Under the pieces are notes generated by a model. The model worked only from the letters and a program-made list of their open reading frames with translations. It did not search any database and was not told where the DNA came from. From Eubacteriales bacterium (GTDB lineage Bacteria; Bacillota; Clostridia; Oscillospirales; CAG-272), in assembly GCA_045637205.1 (NCBI GenBank), contig JAZTYY010000070.1, positions 1-58,754 on the forward strand: 58,754 nt of DNA, read 5' to 3'. The position numbers were made by a program, and so were the translations under genes. This document shows positions 17,478-26,217 of this stretch, piece after piece (within the stretch, counting starts at the first letter, position 1; every line of letters begins with the position of its first letter).

Positions 17478-20400
17478 ATGAATTTACAATGGATCCTCTT
17501 GGCGTTCTTTTTAGTTGCAATTGTAAGCAACATCGCCAAGGCAATGCGCAACCCAATGCTTAAAAACGTTTTGCGTTTGATAAGTATTCTCGTTGCTTTT
17601 ATCATTACATTTATTTTGCAGTTAAGCGGGTTGTTCCAAAGATTATCTTCTGAAACAGTTGCAAGTATGGAGCTCGCTTCAATGGCACCTGAATTTGAAG
17701 GAGTTATAGGAAATGCTATCGGCTATATTTTGCCCTTCTGCACAACTCTTCTTTCCCCCTTCTTCTTCACAGTGGCATTTGCAATTATATACTTTGTTTT
17801 GAAGGTTGTTCACGTAAACCTCGTTTACAGATTCATAACCAAGAGACAGCGTAGAAAGGAAATCAAGGAGTTCAAGCTTGCTCTTAAGGAAGAAAAGAGA
17901 AGATTGAAACAGGCAATTACTGAAAACGAAGAAAGATTCTTGCTTGCGATGGAAGAAATTGCTGCTAAAAATCCTGAGATTGATACCTACGATTACGATT
18001 CTCTTGACGATGATGAAATCGAAAAGATGGTTGAAAAGAGAATCAAGGAAGAGAAAAAGAAGAAAAAGAAAGCAGGCTTCTTTAGAGAAACTAAGGAGCG
18101 CAAAGCAATCTCACTTGTATGTGGTGTAATTTGCGGATTCCTTCTTTTCGGTATCACATGGATGGGTATGTTCTATACAATGGACGTTCTCTCCGACGTT
18201 ACTGACGGTATTAAAAATACAAATGCTGATGACACAAAGATTTACCAGGCGGTTGAATTGGTGGACAAGCAGCTTGTTACTCCTTACGAAGAAAGCTTCG
18301 TTTATAAGCTTTATGACAGTATGGCGATGATTGACTTGATGAACTATACTGTAAGAGCTGGTGGTAAGCTTGAAGTAAATGGAGAAACTCTCTATGCAGA
18401 TGATGTTATGAGAGATCATATGATGCGTGCCGTAAGACTTGCGTGTGAAATTACCTCGGCTAAATCCGAGCAGGTTCACGTTGGTGAAGATATATCAGTT
18501 ATGACAAAGGATCCCATTACAGTGTCTCTTATGGCGGATATCTTTGTTACTCTTATGGAAGGTGTTAATACCGACGAGCTTGACCCTGAAAATCCCGCTA
18601 ACGCTATCGTTGCTGGTGTAATCAATAATTATAAGGGTGAAAATAACAGAGAAGTATTTATTCACGACCTCTCAGTTATGTCCGACCTCGTTGTTGTAGC
18701 AGCTGAAAATAGAGTTTTGGCAATGGTTATTGCAGAAAACACCGACATTAATACTTTGATTGGTGACCGTGAATTGATTAAGGATTTGGTTGGAACAATG
18801 ACTAAATTCTCATTCTACGGACCCACAATGGAAGGTGCCTTCGGTCTTGGTGTTGATATGTTTGGTTCAATTCTTATGCCTGCCGACAATAAGGCTGGTT
18901 ATGAATTGTTTGTAAACAGTCTTGTTGATGCTAATGCAGGTTCAACCACAATCAGTGAAGAAGATCTCACTCATCTTCGCGAGTTTATTAAGAACGCTGC
19001 AACGTATGAAAAGAGCGCTAACAACACATCCGATGGTATCCTTGCATTCTTGATAGATCCTCTTTATAGAGCTGAATATCTTAAGGATGAAGCAAAAGAG
19101 CTTAAGGATAGAGGTGAGCAGCTTAAGGCTGACGCCGATCAGCTTATTCTCGACGGTGAAGAACTTAAGGCTGATGCTGAAGAATTCCAGGCTGATGCTG
19201 ATGCTTTGGCAGCTACACTTGAGAGCGCAAGCGTAGAAATTGCTACACTTGAATATAAGAAGGCTAACGATGCTGCGAACTTCACTGCAGAAGATCAGGC
19301 TCGTTTGGATTACTTCTACGGTCTTATGGATCAGAAGGAAGAATTTATTGCTCGTGCTGATGAGCTTCGTTTGGAGGGTGAAAACCTTAAGACACGTGGT
19401 GAAGCTCTTAAGACTGAGGCTGAAGATCTTGCAAATGACGTTCAGGATCTTGCTGATAGAGCACAGCTCCTTATTGATCAGTTTGAAGAAAACATTAAGG
19501 GATTCACACCCTTTATCACATACTTTATGAGCTGGAACAGTGTTCAAAAGCCCTTTATGATTGCTAATGAAGATGATTCTGTAGCAAGTATGGCTTTGGA
19601 AATTGACGGTGTAGTTTATGTATGTAATACAGATATCTTGGATATCGAAATGCTCCTTGACATTGTACTTAACAGTGAAGGCTTCGACGATTTGATCGGC
19701 GGAACTCTTCCTGGTGAGAGTGAAGGATCTGGCGAAGGTGAAGGATCCGGTGAGGGCGAAGGTGAAGGATCCGGTGAAGGTGAAACTGATGATTCTATCC
19801 TTGACATAACTGTTGACGATTACCTTGAAAAGATTCCTATGAGAGAGTTGCTTGAACAGCTTACAGTAGTTCCTCAGAGTGAAACTGATGAAAATAAGGT
19901 TTCTGATTTGACTGACCTTATTAACTACCTCATCTTCAGTGCTAATACACACAATAATCAGCCCGGTGCATCAACGATTAATGCTGAATGGCTCTTTGGA
20001 GCATTGTCAGCTTACTGTGCAGATGAAACCAATCCTGCAGCATGTCTTGATATGGCTTCTAGAATGGTTGCAGCTAAGGACGATTACAGCACATTTGATT
20101 ATAAGGGCGTAACCGTTACAAAGATGAAAGCATCTATGAACTTTGGTGAAGAATGGACTGAAGAAGCAAAGGTAGCAGAAGCAGAACAGCTTGTTGATAT
20201 TATCTTCTCACTCCTTGACCTTATTGAGGGAATGAACGGTACAGAAGCAGCACAGATGAATGATGTTTCCGGTGTTACTGGAGATATGGATACAGCTCAG
20301 CTTGGCACACTTGTTAATTTGTTGAGAACAATTGGTGCTACAATGGATCACATGGCAAACACAACTTGTCTTGAAGGACTTCCCGCAATTATGGTTGAAG

Positions 20401-20576
20401 GTATTTTGAAGAACGAAATGCTTAGCATCGTTATCACACCTTCAATGCTTTACGATGCTGAAGACGGATATCTTGTAAGACTTGAATCCGGTGAGCTTAC
20501 TTACGAAGGCTTGATGAATGAAATTGCTGATATGGCAACACAAATTCTTGATAAATTGAGTACACAGGAGGTATAA
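17478..20576 (+). CDS. large (1032 aa) multi-pass membrane protein with a K/E-rich cytoplasmic segment and a long coiled-coil/acidic extracytoplasmic region; function unknown
   Basis: I moved the start to the ATG at 17478 behind GGAGG. The N-terminus has 3-4 TM helices, followed by a charged block (..EEKKKKKKAG..) and a further TM helix. About 800 aa follow, with heptad-like repeats (ELKDRGEQLKADADQLILDGEELKADAEEFQADADALAA and ELRLEGENLKTRGEALKTEAEDLANDVQDLADRAQ) and a GESEGSGEGEGSGEGEGEGSGEGE tract. Confidence 0.7.
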   Translation: MNLQWILLAFFLVAIVSNIAKAMRNPMLKNVLRLISILVAFIITFILQLSGLFQRLSSETVASMELASMAPEFEGVIGNAIGYILPFCTTLLSPFFFTVAFAIIYFVLKVVHVNLVYRFITKRQRRKEIKEFKLALKEEKRRLKQAITENEERFLLAMEEIAAKNPEIDTYDYDSLDDDEIEKMVEKRIKEEKKKKKKAGFFRETKERKAISLVCGVICGFLLFGITWMGMFYTMDVLSDVTDGIKNTNADDTKIYQAVELVDKQLVTPYEESFVYKLYDSMAMIDLMNYTVRAGGKLEVNGETLYADDVMRDHMMRAVRLACEITSAKSEQVHVGEDISVMTKDPITVSLMADIFVTLMEGVNTDELDPENPANAIVAGVINNYKGENNREVFIHDLSVMSDLVVVAAENRVLAMVIAENTDINTLIGDRELIKDLVGTMTKFSFYGPTMEGAFGLGVDMFGSILMPADNKAGYELFVNSLVDANAGSTTISEEDLTHLREFIKNAATYEKSANNTSDGILAFLIDPLYRAEYLKDEAKELKDRGEQLKADADQLILDGEELKADAEEFQADADALAATLESASVEIATLEYKKANDAANFTAEDQARLDYFYGLMDQKEEFIARADELRLEGENLKTRGEALKTEAEDLANDVQDLADRAQLLIDQFEENIKGFTPFITYFMSWNSVQKPFMIANEDDSVASMALEIDGVVYVCNTDILDIEMLLDIVLNSEGFDDLIGGTLPGESEGSGEGEGSGEGEGEGSGEGETDDSILDITVDDYLEKIPMRELLEQLTVVPQSETDENKVSDLTDLINYLIFSANTHNNQPGASTINAEWLFGALSAYCADETNPAACLDMASRMVAAKDDYSTFDYKGVTVTKMKASMNFGEEWTEEAKVAEAEQLVDIIFSLLDLIEGMNGTEAAQMNDVSGVTGDMDTAQLGTLVNLLRTIGATMDHMANTTCLEGLPAIMVEGILKNEMLSIVITPSMLYDAEDGYLVRLESGELTYEGLMNEIADMATQILDKLSTQEV

Positions 20577-20581
20577 TAATT

Positions 20582-20761
20582 ATGGCAAATTTATTGAATA
20601 GACTTATTTCTTTGGTTGTTTGTCTTGCTATACTTGCTGGTGGTATTTATCTTTCTATTGAAGAAACAAAGAAAAATGAAGAATTGCAGGCCGATTTGGA
20701 TGACGTTGTGAATACTGAATGGATTCCAGGAATTGAAAATAATTCCCAAGAACAACAATAA
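20582..20761 (+). CDS. 59-aa single-pass membrane protein (below the ORF-track size cutoff)
   Basis: The ATG at 20582 lies 9 nt after an AGGAGG inside the end of the upstream gene. The product is MANLLNRLISLVVCLAILAGGIYLSIEETKKNEELQADLDDVVNTEWIPGIENNSQEQQ. A terminator follows. Confidence 0.55.
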   Translation: MANLLNRLISLVVCLAILAGGIYLSIEETKKNEELQADLDDVVNTEWIPGIENNSQEQQ

Positions 20762-20770
20762 AGATAAAAT

Positions 20771-20803
20771 AAAAGAACCGAGAAATTTCTCGGTTCTTTT
20801 TTT
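20771..20803. terminator. bidirectional terminator (convergent with nadE)
   Basis: The hairpin is AAAAGAACCGAGA-AATT-TCTCGGTTCTTTT. Confidence 0.75.
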
Positions 20804-20806
20804 GTT

Positions 20807-22723
20807 TTATTTTATATTGTCAATGCTTTTAATCCACTCTTCGCTTGATGCATCACTTGGCATTTTGAGGTCACCTCTTGGTGAAAGGCTAACGCCAAAC
20901 ACCTTTGGTCCATCGGGCATTGATGAGCGCTTGAATTGCTGTGCGAAGAATCTCTTTACAAATGTTTTCAAGCAGGATTTGAGCTGCTCGTCATCATACT
21001 TACCGCTAAATGCAATTTGAGCCACTCTGAAAAGCTTTTCAGGGGAGTAATGATGAGTTAACATATTATAAAGGTAGAAATCGTGAAGCTCATATGGGCC
21101 AACGATGTCCTCAGTGATTTGTGTTATTTCACCGTTTTGAGCAGGAATGAGCTCTGGGCTAATGGGTGTATTGATTATATCGTTAAGTACGTTTGCAATT
21201 TTTTCGTTTTCTTTAGCATAGAATTTAAGAATATGTGGAATAAGAGTTTTAGGAACTCCACAGTTAAGGGAATACATCGAGGCAAGATCACCGCCGTACG
21301 TGGTGAAACCAAGTGCAAGCTCAGAAAGGTCGCACGTGCCGATTACAATGCCGTTTTCAGCATTTGCTATATCCATAAGGATTTGAGCGCGCTCTCTTGC
21401 TTGAGCATTTTCATAAACCACGTCGTGATTATTAAGCTCGTGGCCAATGCTTTGAAGATGAAGTGTAAGCGCTTCTCTAATGTCGATTTCTCGGAGCTCC
21501 ACACCAAGCAACTTGGCAAGAGTAATTGCGTTGTTCTTTGTTCGTTCACTTGTTGCAAAGCAGGGCATTGTTACTGCAATAATATTTTTAAGATTCTCGC
21601 CCATAGTATTGAACGCGTGAACAGTTGAAAGAAGAGCAAGTGTGCTGTCAAGTCCACCTGATATACCGATAATGCATTTTTGGGCTCCACAAACATTCAT
21701 TCTTTGCTTCAATCCAAATGCTTGAATTGAACGAACGGTGTTGATGTTGCGCTCAAGCTCATCTTGATTACTTGGTACAAACGGATGAGGATTGATGAAA
21801 CGTGAAATTTTAGTTTCTTCGATGTTGAAATCAAAGGGAACTGTAACAATATTTTTGGTAATATTTGTGGTTACTGTGTTTCTTCTTCTTCTTTCAAGAG
21901 AAAGCTTTTCAAGGTCAACGTCCGCGGTAATAAACTTTCCTGTTGAATAATCAAAGGGAATACGTTCAGAAATAATCGTGCCGTTTTCAGCAATGATACT
22001 GTGACCTGAGCATACCATATCAGTTGTTGATTCACCCTCACCACAGTTTGCGTATATGTAAGCTGAAACTGTTTTTGCTGACTGCGATGAAACAAGAATT
22101 CTTCTGTATTCATCCTTTGCAACTACCTCGTTTGATGCAGAAAGGTTAGCAAGTAATGTAGCTCCTGCTATCGAAAGCATATTTGAGGGGGGAGTGTTAA
22201 CCCAAATGTCCTCACAAATTTCAACGCCCACCTTAAGCAAGGGCATGCTTTGACAAAAGAAAAGAATATTTCTTCCAAAGGGAACAGTTTTTCCGTTGAA
22301 GTGGTAATTAATGTTCTCGTCAGGACAGGGAACAAAATATCTACCCTCATAGAATTCACCGTAGGTGGGAAGATTACTCTTTGCAACAACGCCAAGGAGC
22401 TCACCGTCCTTAACTACTGCTGCACAGTTGTATATTTTATTTTCGTAGAACATAGGAAGTCCCACGATGCTAAGCATATCGTATTCTTTAGTTAGCTCAA
22501 TATAGTGCACAAGTGCCTTGTAAGAGCTGTCAAGAAGAACGTTTGAGAAAAACATATCCGCGCAGGAATATGAAGTTATGCAAAGCTCTGGAAAAACAAG
22601 CACCTTTACGTTTTGCTCGTTTGCTTCTTTGGCTATGTTTATTAATTCATTAACGTTATAGGTACAATCTGCAACCTTGATTTTTGGGGTTGCACAAGCT
22701 ACCTTTAAAAAGCCGTGTTTCAT
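20807..22723 (-). CDS. nadE: glutamine-dependent NAD+ synthetase (CN-hydrolase domain plus NAD synthase domain)
   Basis: The N-terminal nitrilase-like domain contains FPEL and ICED. The C-terminal domain has the PP-loop GISGGLDS. The start is probably Met5 of the track ORF (MKHGF..). Confidence 0.9.
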   Translation of the reverse strand: MKHGFLKVACATPKIKVADCTYNVNELINIAKEANEQNVKVLVFPELCITSYSCADMFFSNVLLDSSYKALVHYIELTKEYDMLSIVGLPMFYENKIYNCAAVVKDGELLGVVAKSNLPTYGEFYEGRYFVPCPDENINYHFNGKTVPFGRNILFFCQSMPLLKVGVEICEDIWVNTPPSNMLSIAGATLLANLSASNEVVAKDEYRRILVSSQSAKTVSAYIYANCGEGESTTDMVCSGHSIIAENGTIISERIPFDYSTGKFITADVDLEKLSLERRRRNTVTTNITKNIVTVPFDFNIEETKISRFINPHPFVPSNQDELERNINTVRSIQAFGLKQRMNVCGAQKCIIGISGGLDSTLALLSTVHAFNTMGENLKNIIAVTMPCFATSERTKNNAITLAKLLGVELREIDIREALTLHLQSIGHELNNHDVVYENAQARERAQILMDIANAENGIVIGTCDLSELALGFTTYGGDLASMYSLNCGVPKTLIPHILKFYAKENEKIANVLNDIINTPISPELIPAQNGEITQITEDIVGPYELHDFYLYNMLTHHYSPEKLFRVAQIAFSGKYDDEQLKSCLKTFVKRFFAQQFKRSSMPDGPKVFGVSLSPRGDLKMPSDASSEEWIKSIDNIK

Positions 22724-22896
22724 TTGGATAAACATCCTTTCAAAAATATATCACCTTATATTATAAATAAAAAAATGAAAAATTACAATACTTTTTTTAA
22801 ATAAAGTAGAAAATAATAGAGAAATATTGATAAAATTATTGAAGTATTAGTGAAAATGTAGTATAATAAGAGCATAAAATTGAAGGGAAAATTGTA

Positions 22897-23541
22897 ATGG
22901 TTAAGTTAATTATAGTTAGACATGGTAATAGCATAGGAAATTTTAAAAGAATCTTTATTGGTCAAACCGACTGGGGACTTTCTGAGATTGGTGAGGAGCA
23001 GGTAAAAAGAACAACCGAATATTTAAAGCAATTCCATATAGATGAAATATATTCAAGTGATCTTTGCAGAGCGTATAACACAGTTTTGCCCACTGCTGAA
23101 AGACTTGGACTTGAAATTCACAAAAGAGAAGGGCTTCGTGAAATCTATGCAGGTGAGTGGGAGCAAAAGCCATTTACTGAGATAGCTGAAAAGTTCCCCG
23201 AAACATATTGGATGTTCCAAAATGACATTGGAAATTCACAGCCCGATGGTGGAGAAAAAATTTCTGACGTGTTTGATAGAATCAAGAAAACAACTGAAGA
23301 AATTCTTGCCGCAAATGATGGAAAGACAGTTCTTATAGGGACACATGCAACAGTAATTCGTGTTATGAATTGCTTGTGGCACGGTGATGGATTAGAGAAT
23401 TTGCAGCAGTATGATTGGGTGTCAAATGCAGCGGTTTGTCATATTGAATATGAGAACGGTAAATATAACGTGGTTGAGTATGGACATGATGCTCATCTTG
23501 AAGGTATAATTACACACGTTGGTGTCAAAAAACAAGATTAA
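22897..23541 (+). CDS. histidine phosphatase family protein (phosphoglycerate mutase/CobC-like)
   Basis: It carries the RHG motif (LIIVRHGNS) and a downstream ..GTHATVIR.. histidine motif. Confidence 0.8.
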   Translation: MVKLIIVRHGNSIGNFKRIFIGQTDWGLSEIGEEQVKRTTEYLKQFHIDEIYSSDLCRAYNTVLPTAERLGLEIHKREGLREIYAGEWEQKPFTEIAEKFPETYWMFQNDIGNSQPDGGEKISDVFDRIKKTTEEILAANDGKTVLIGTHATVIRVMNCLWHGDGLENLQQYDWVSNAAVCHIEYENGKYNVVEYGHDAHLEGIITHVGVKKQD

Positions 23542-23617
23542 AAGTATAAAAATATCGGCTTTTCATTGTGCAATTTTCACAAAATAAATGAAAAACTGAT
23601 ATTTTTTATATAAACTA

Positions 23618-23646
23618 TTTACAAATAAAGATGAATGTGATATAAT
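23618..23646 (+). promoter_or_regulatory. sigma-A-type promoter of hpf
   Basis: TTTACA, a 17-nt spacer, then TATAAT preceded by TGa (extended -10). Confidence 0.45.
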
Positions 23647-23701
23647 CAAAATAGAAGGAGGAAACTCTTTCATTTAAATATAATTCGAAAGGAATGATAC
23701 G

Positions 23702-24229
23702 ATGAAAATTACTATTGTTGGCAGACAGATGAACGTATGGGATTCAACCAAAGAAATGGCTGAAAAGAAACTCGCAAGACTGGACAAATATTTTGGTTCA
23801 GAGGCCTCCGCAACAGTAACGTTCAGTTGTAAGCGTGATCGTGATAACGTTGAAATCACGATTCACGGTGCAAACACAATCTTTCGTGCTGAGGTGGATG
23901 ACATCAGCTTCCAAAATGCAATGGATCGTTGCGTAGAAGCAATTGACCGTCAGATCAGAAAGAACAAAACAAGACTCGAAAAGAGATCTAAAGAAGGAGA
24001 ATTTTATTTCCCCGACTTTGGTGAAGTGCTTGATGAAGATCCGGAATTCATCGTTAGAACAAAAGAGTTCGAGCTCTTCCCAATGAGTGTTGAAGAAGCA
24101 ATTATGCAGATGAACCTTATCGGCCATCAATTCTTTGTTTTCTTCAATGACGAAACAGGAAATGTTTCCGTAGTTTACACAAGAAAAGACGGAACATATG
24201 GACTTATTAATCCTATAATTTATAAATAA
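23702..24229 (+). CDS. hpf: ribosome hibernation promoting factor (long HPF)
   Basis: It has the typical N-terminus MKITIVGRQM....T......KL..L.KYF and a C-terminal dimerisation domain (..RTKEF.L.PMSVEEAI.QM.L.GH.FFVF.N.ET). Confidence 0.9.
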   Translation: MKITIVGRQMNVWDSTKEMAEKKLARLDKYFGSEASATVTFSCKRDRDNVEITIHGANTIFRAEVDDISFQNAMDRCVEAIDRQIRKNKTRLEKRSKEGEFYFPDFGEVLDEDPEFIVRTKEFELFPMSVEEAIMQMNLIGHQFFVFFNDETGNVSVVYTRKDGTYGLINPIIYK

Positions 24230-24238
24230 TTTGTATCC

Positions 24239-24268
24239 AATCCCACCGCGAAAGCGGTGGGATTTTTT
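24239..24268 (+). terminator. hpf terminator
   Basis: The hairpin AATCCCACCGC-GAAA-GCGGTGGGATT is followed by TTTTT. Confidence 0.8.
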
Positions 24269-24318
24269 ATGTTTTTAAATATATACTCACATCAACGTTC
24301 GCTCCACAAAATCAAGAT

Positions 24319-24342
24319 GGCAGGGCTAAAAAGCCCTGCCTT
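24319..24342 (+). repeat. 24-nt hairpin repeat, copy 1 (identical to 25969-25992)
   Basis: GGCAGGGCTAAAAAGCCCTGCCTT has an 8-bp GC-rich stem and is followed by a T-rich run. Confidence 0.85.
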
Positions 24343-24418
24343 TTGTTGTTTGTTTTGTTGGAAAAAATCTTGTGAATTTGTGCTTTTTGCCGAAATTATA
24401 TTTATATAGCAATATTAA

Positions 24419-24447
24419 TTGACAAAATATTCAAACAATGGTAGAAT
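24419..24447 (+). promoter_or_regulatory. sigma-A-type promoter of the orphan binding-protein gene
   Basis: TTGACA, a 17-nt spacer, then TAGAAT with a TGg extended -10. Confidence 0.5.
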
Positions 24448-24492
24448 TTAGATGTAATTGCCGACGGGCTTAAACGGGAAAAGGGAAATAAT

Positions 24493-25941
24493 ATGAAAAA
24501 AGTTTTATCAATTTTGCTAGTACTTGTTATTTTAATGATGGCTCTCGTTTCGTGCGAATTCGAGATTAATATTAATAAAAAGACAACTACAACCACTACA
24601 ACTACAACAACTACTACCACTACTATACCAAACAAACCCGTTCCGCCCACAAATGAATGTGTGCATTCTTTTGGTGAGTGGATAACAGTTTCTGCGGCAA
24701 CGTTTGAATCTGTCGGTCTCAAGAAACAAGTTTGTTCAAAGTGCACATATATCAATTGGGAAGAAATTCCTGTTCTTAAAATTGATATTACTCTTTGGGT
24801 TTCAACCACCCTGGGTGTGAGAGAATTTACAGCGGCAAAGATAGAAGAGTTTATTGAAAATCATCCAGAATACAGCAAGTATAGGGTGAACATTGAAACT
24901 GTAGGTGAAGGTGATGCAGCATCTGAAGTTCTTAAGAACGTTGCTAAAGCTCCCGATATGTACTGCTTCGCACAGGACCAGATTTATCGTCTTGTACAGG
25001 GTGGTGCTCTTGCACCTCTTGGTTCACAGGCAGCTCAGACAGTTACAGATAACAATGACGCTGGTTCTGTAAACGCAGCTACAGTAGGCGATAAGATCTA
25101 CGCTTACCCCATGAACTCCGACAACGGTTACTACCTCTACTACGATTCAAGCAAGATTTCTGATGAAGAAGCAAAGACACTTGAAGGTATCGTAGCTGCT
25201 TGCCAGAGAGAAGGCGTTAAGTTCGGTTACAACTTGACAAACGCTTGGATCATGGCTGGTTTCTTCTTCTCACAGCCTGTTGGCGGCGGTACACCTCTTT
25301 GCACATCCACATGGACATACTCTGAAAATGGTAGAAATCCAGTTGCGGTTGATGATACATTTAACTCCTCTAATGGTCTTATTGCTATGAAGACAATGAA
25401 CTGGCTTGCTAACTCTGGTGCATGGGTTGACTCTGCAGACAACTTCGCAGGCACAGGTGCTATCGTTACAGGTTTGTGGAACGCAACAATAGCTGAACGC
25501 GCATACGGTAAAAATATGAAAGCTACAAAGCTTCCTACATTCGTAGGTTCTGATGGTGAGACATACCAGATGGGTTCATTCTCTGGTTATAAGTTTATCG
25601 GTTGCAAGCCTCAGGAAGATCCCGAAAAAGCGAAATTCTGCAATGACCTTGCCCTCTATCTTACAAGTGAAGAGGTTCAATATGAAAGATACCTTGAATT
25701 TCAATGGGGTCCTTCTAACGTATCGGTTCAAAATCACGAAGATGTTAAATCAAATATGCTTCTTACAGCTCTTCTCGAACAGAACGTATACTCACAGCCT
25801 CAGGGTGTAATCCCCGGTGACTGGTGGACAGAAGCAGCAGCACTTGGTACAAAGTGTAAAGACGCTGATTTGACAGATGAAGAGATTATGGCAGCACTTG
25901 CTGACTATCAGACAAAGATCGAAGGCATGCTTGTTAAATAG
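24493..25941 (+). CDS. sugar ABC transporter substrate-binding lipoprotein; paralogue of 37985-39247 with an extra N-terminal poly-Thr linker and Cys-rich module
   Basis: The lipobox is ALVSC, followed by 14 consecutive Thr and then CVHSFGEW..VCSKC. The remainder is very close to the binding protein of the downstream transporter, about 85 percent identical at protein level by eye. Confidence 0.85.
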   Translation: MKKVLSILLVLVILMMALVSCEFEININKKTTTTTTTTTTTTTTIPNKPVPPTNECVHSFGEWITVSAATFESVGLKKQVCSKCTYINWEEIPVLKIDITLWVSTTLGVREFTAAKIEEFIENHPEYSKYRVNIETVGEGDAASEVLKNVAKAPDMYCFAQDQIYRLVQGGALAPLGSQAAQTVTDNNDAGSVNAATVGDKIYAYPMNSDNGYYLYYDSSKISDEEAKTLEGIVAACQREGVKFGYNLTNAWIMAGFFFSQPVGGGTPLCTSTWTYSENGRNPVAVDDTFNSSNGLIAMKTMNWLANSGAWVDSADNFAGTGAIVTGLWNATIAERAYGKNMKATKLPTFVGSDGETYQMGSFSGYKFIGCKPQEDPEKAKFCNDLALYLTSEEVQYERYLEFQWGPSNVSVQNHEDVKSNMLLTALLEQNVYSQPQGVIPGDWWTEAAALGTKCKDADLTDEEIMAALADYQTKIEGMLVK

Positions 25942-25968
25942 TAGCAACATTGTGAAAATAAATAAAAA

Positions 25969-25992
25969 GGCAGGGCTAAAAAGCCCTGCCTT
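25969..25992 (+). repeat. 24-nt hairpin repeat, copy 2; probable terminator of the binding-protein gene
   Basis: It is identical to the 24-mer at 24319-24342. Confidence 0.85.
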
Positions 25993-26217
25993 CTGCGTTT
26001 AATATTTTTTGAATCAAGTCAAGAAGTTCGATATCGTCGCATTCGTTAATGCTTCTTATTACGAGCTTTCTCATGCTCATTATGCTGCTGTTGCTATCTT
26101 CGTTCTACATAAGCAAAAGTTTTTGCGCTAAATTGGCAAAGTTTCTATAATCCATTGACTATCCCACCAATTTATGCTATAATAATAAAGTTAGATTCCA
26201 TGTGGGAGGTAAACGAA

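Noticed and set aside
19714-19785. A repetitive GGTGAAGG-type stretch considered as a CRISPR-like or minisatellite array.
   Set aside because: It lies in frame inside a long ORF, has irregular 6-18-nt units and has no spacers. It is a coding low-complexity linker. No CRISPR array exists anywhere in the window.
18942-19952. A 336-aa ORF on the minus strand inside the giant membrane-protein gene.
   Set aside because: It is entirely antisense to a strongly supported coding frame. Its translation is low-complexity (runs of F, K, L, S). It has no Shine-Dalgarno or promoter. It is a shadow ORF produced by the GAA/GAT/AAG-rich sense codons.
23647-23701. A strong GAAGGAGG about 40 nt upstream of hpf that has no start codon after it.
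   Set aside because: No ATG, GTG or TTG lies within 15 nt downstream, so no upstream ORF can be called. It may be a stand-by site or chance. The real hpf start has its own AAAGGA.
24583-24624. The run of 14 Thr codons as a possible phase-variable simple sequence repeat.
   Set aside because: The codons alternate among ACA, ACT and ACC, so there is no homopolymer or perfect short tandem repeat that would slip.
25996-26100. A 34-aa minus-strand ORF (MSMRKLVIRSINECDDIELLDLIQKILNAEGRAF) between the binding-protein gene and the flippase gene.
   Set aside because: It has no Shine-Dalgarno. It ends inside the 24-nt hairpin repeat and is too short to evaluate. It may be a fragment of a gene disrupted when the cassette was inserted, but I cannot support that.
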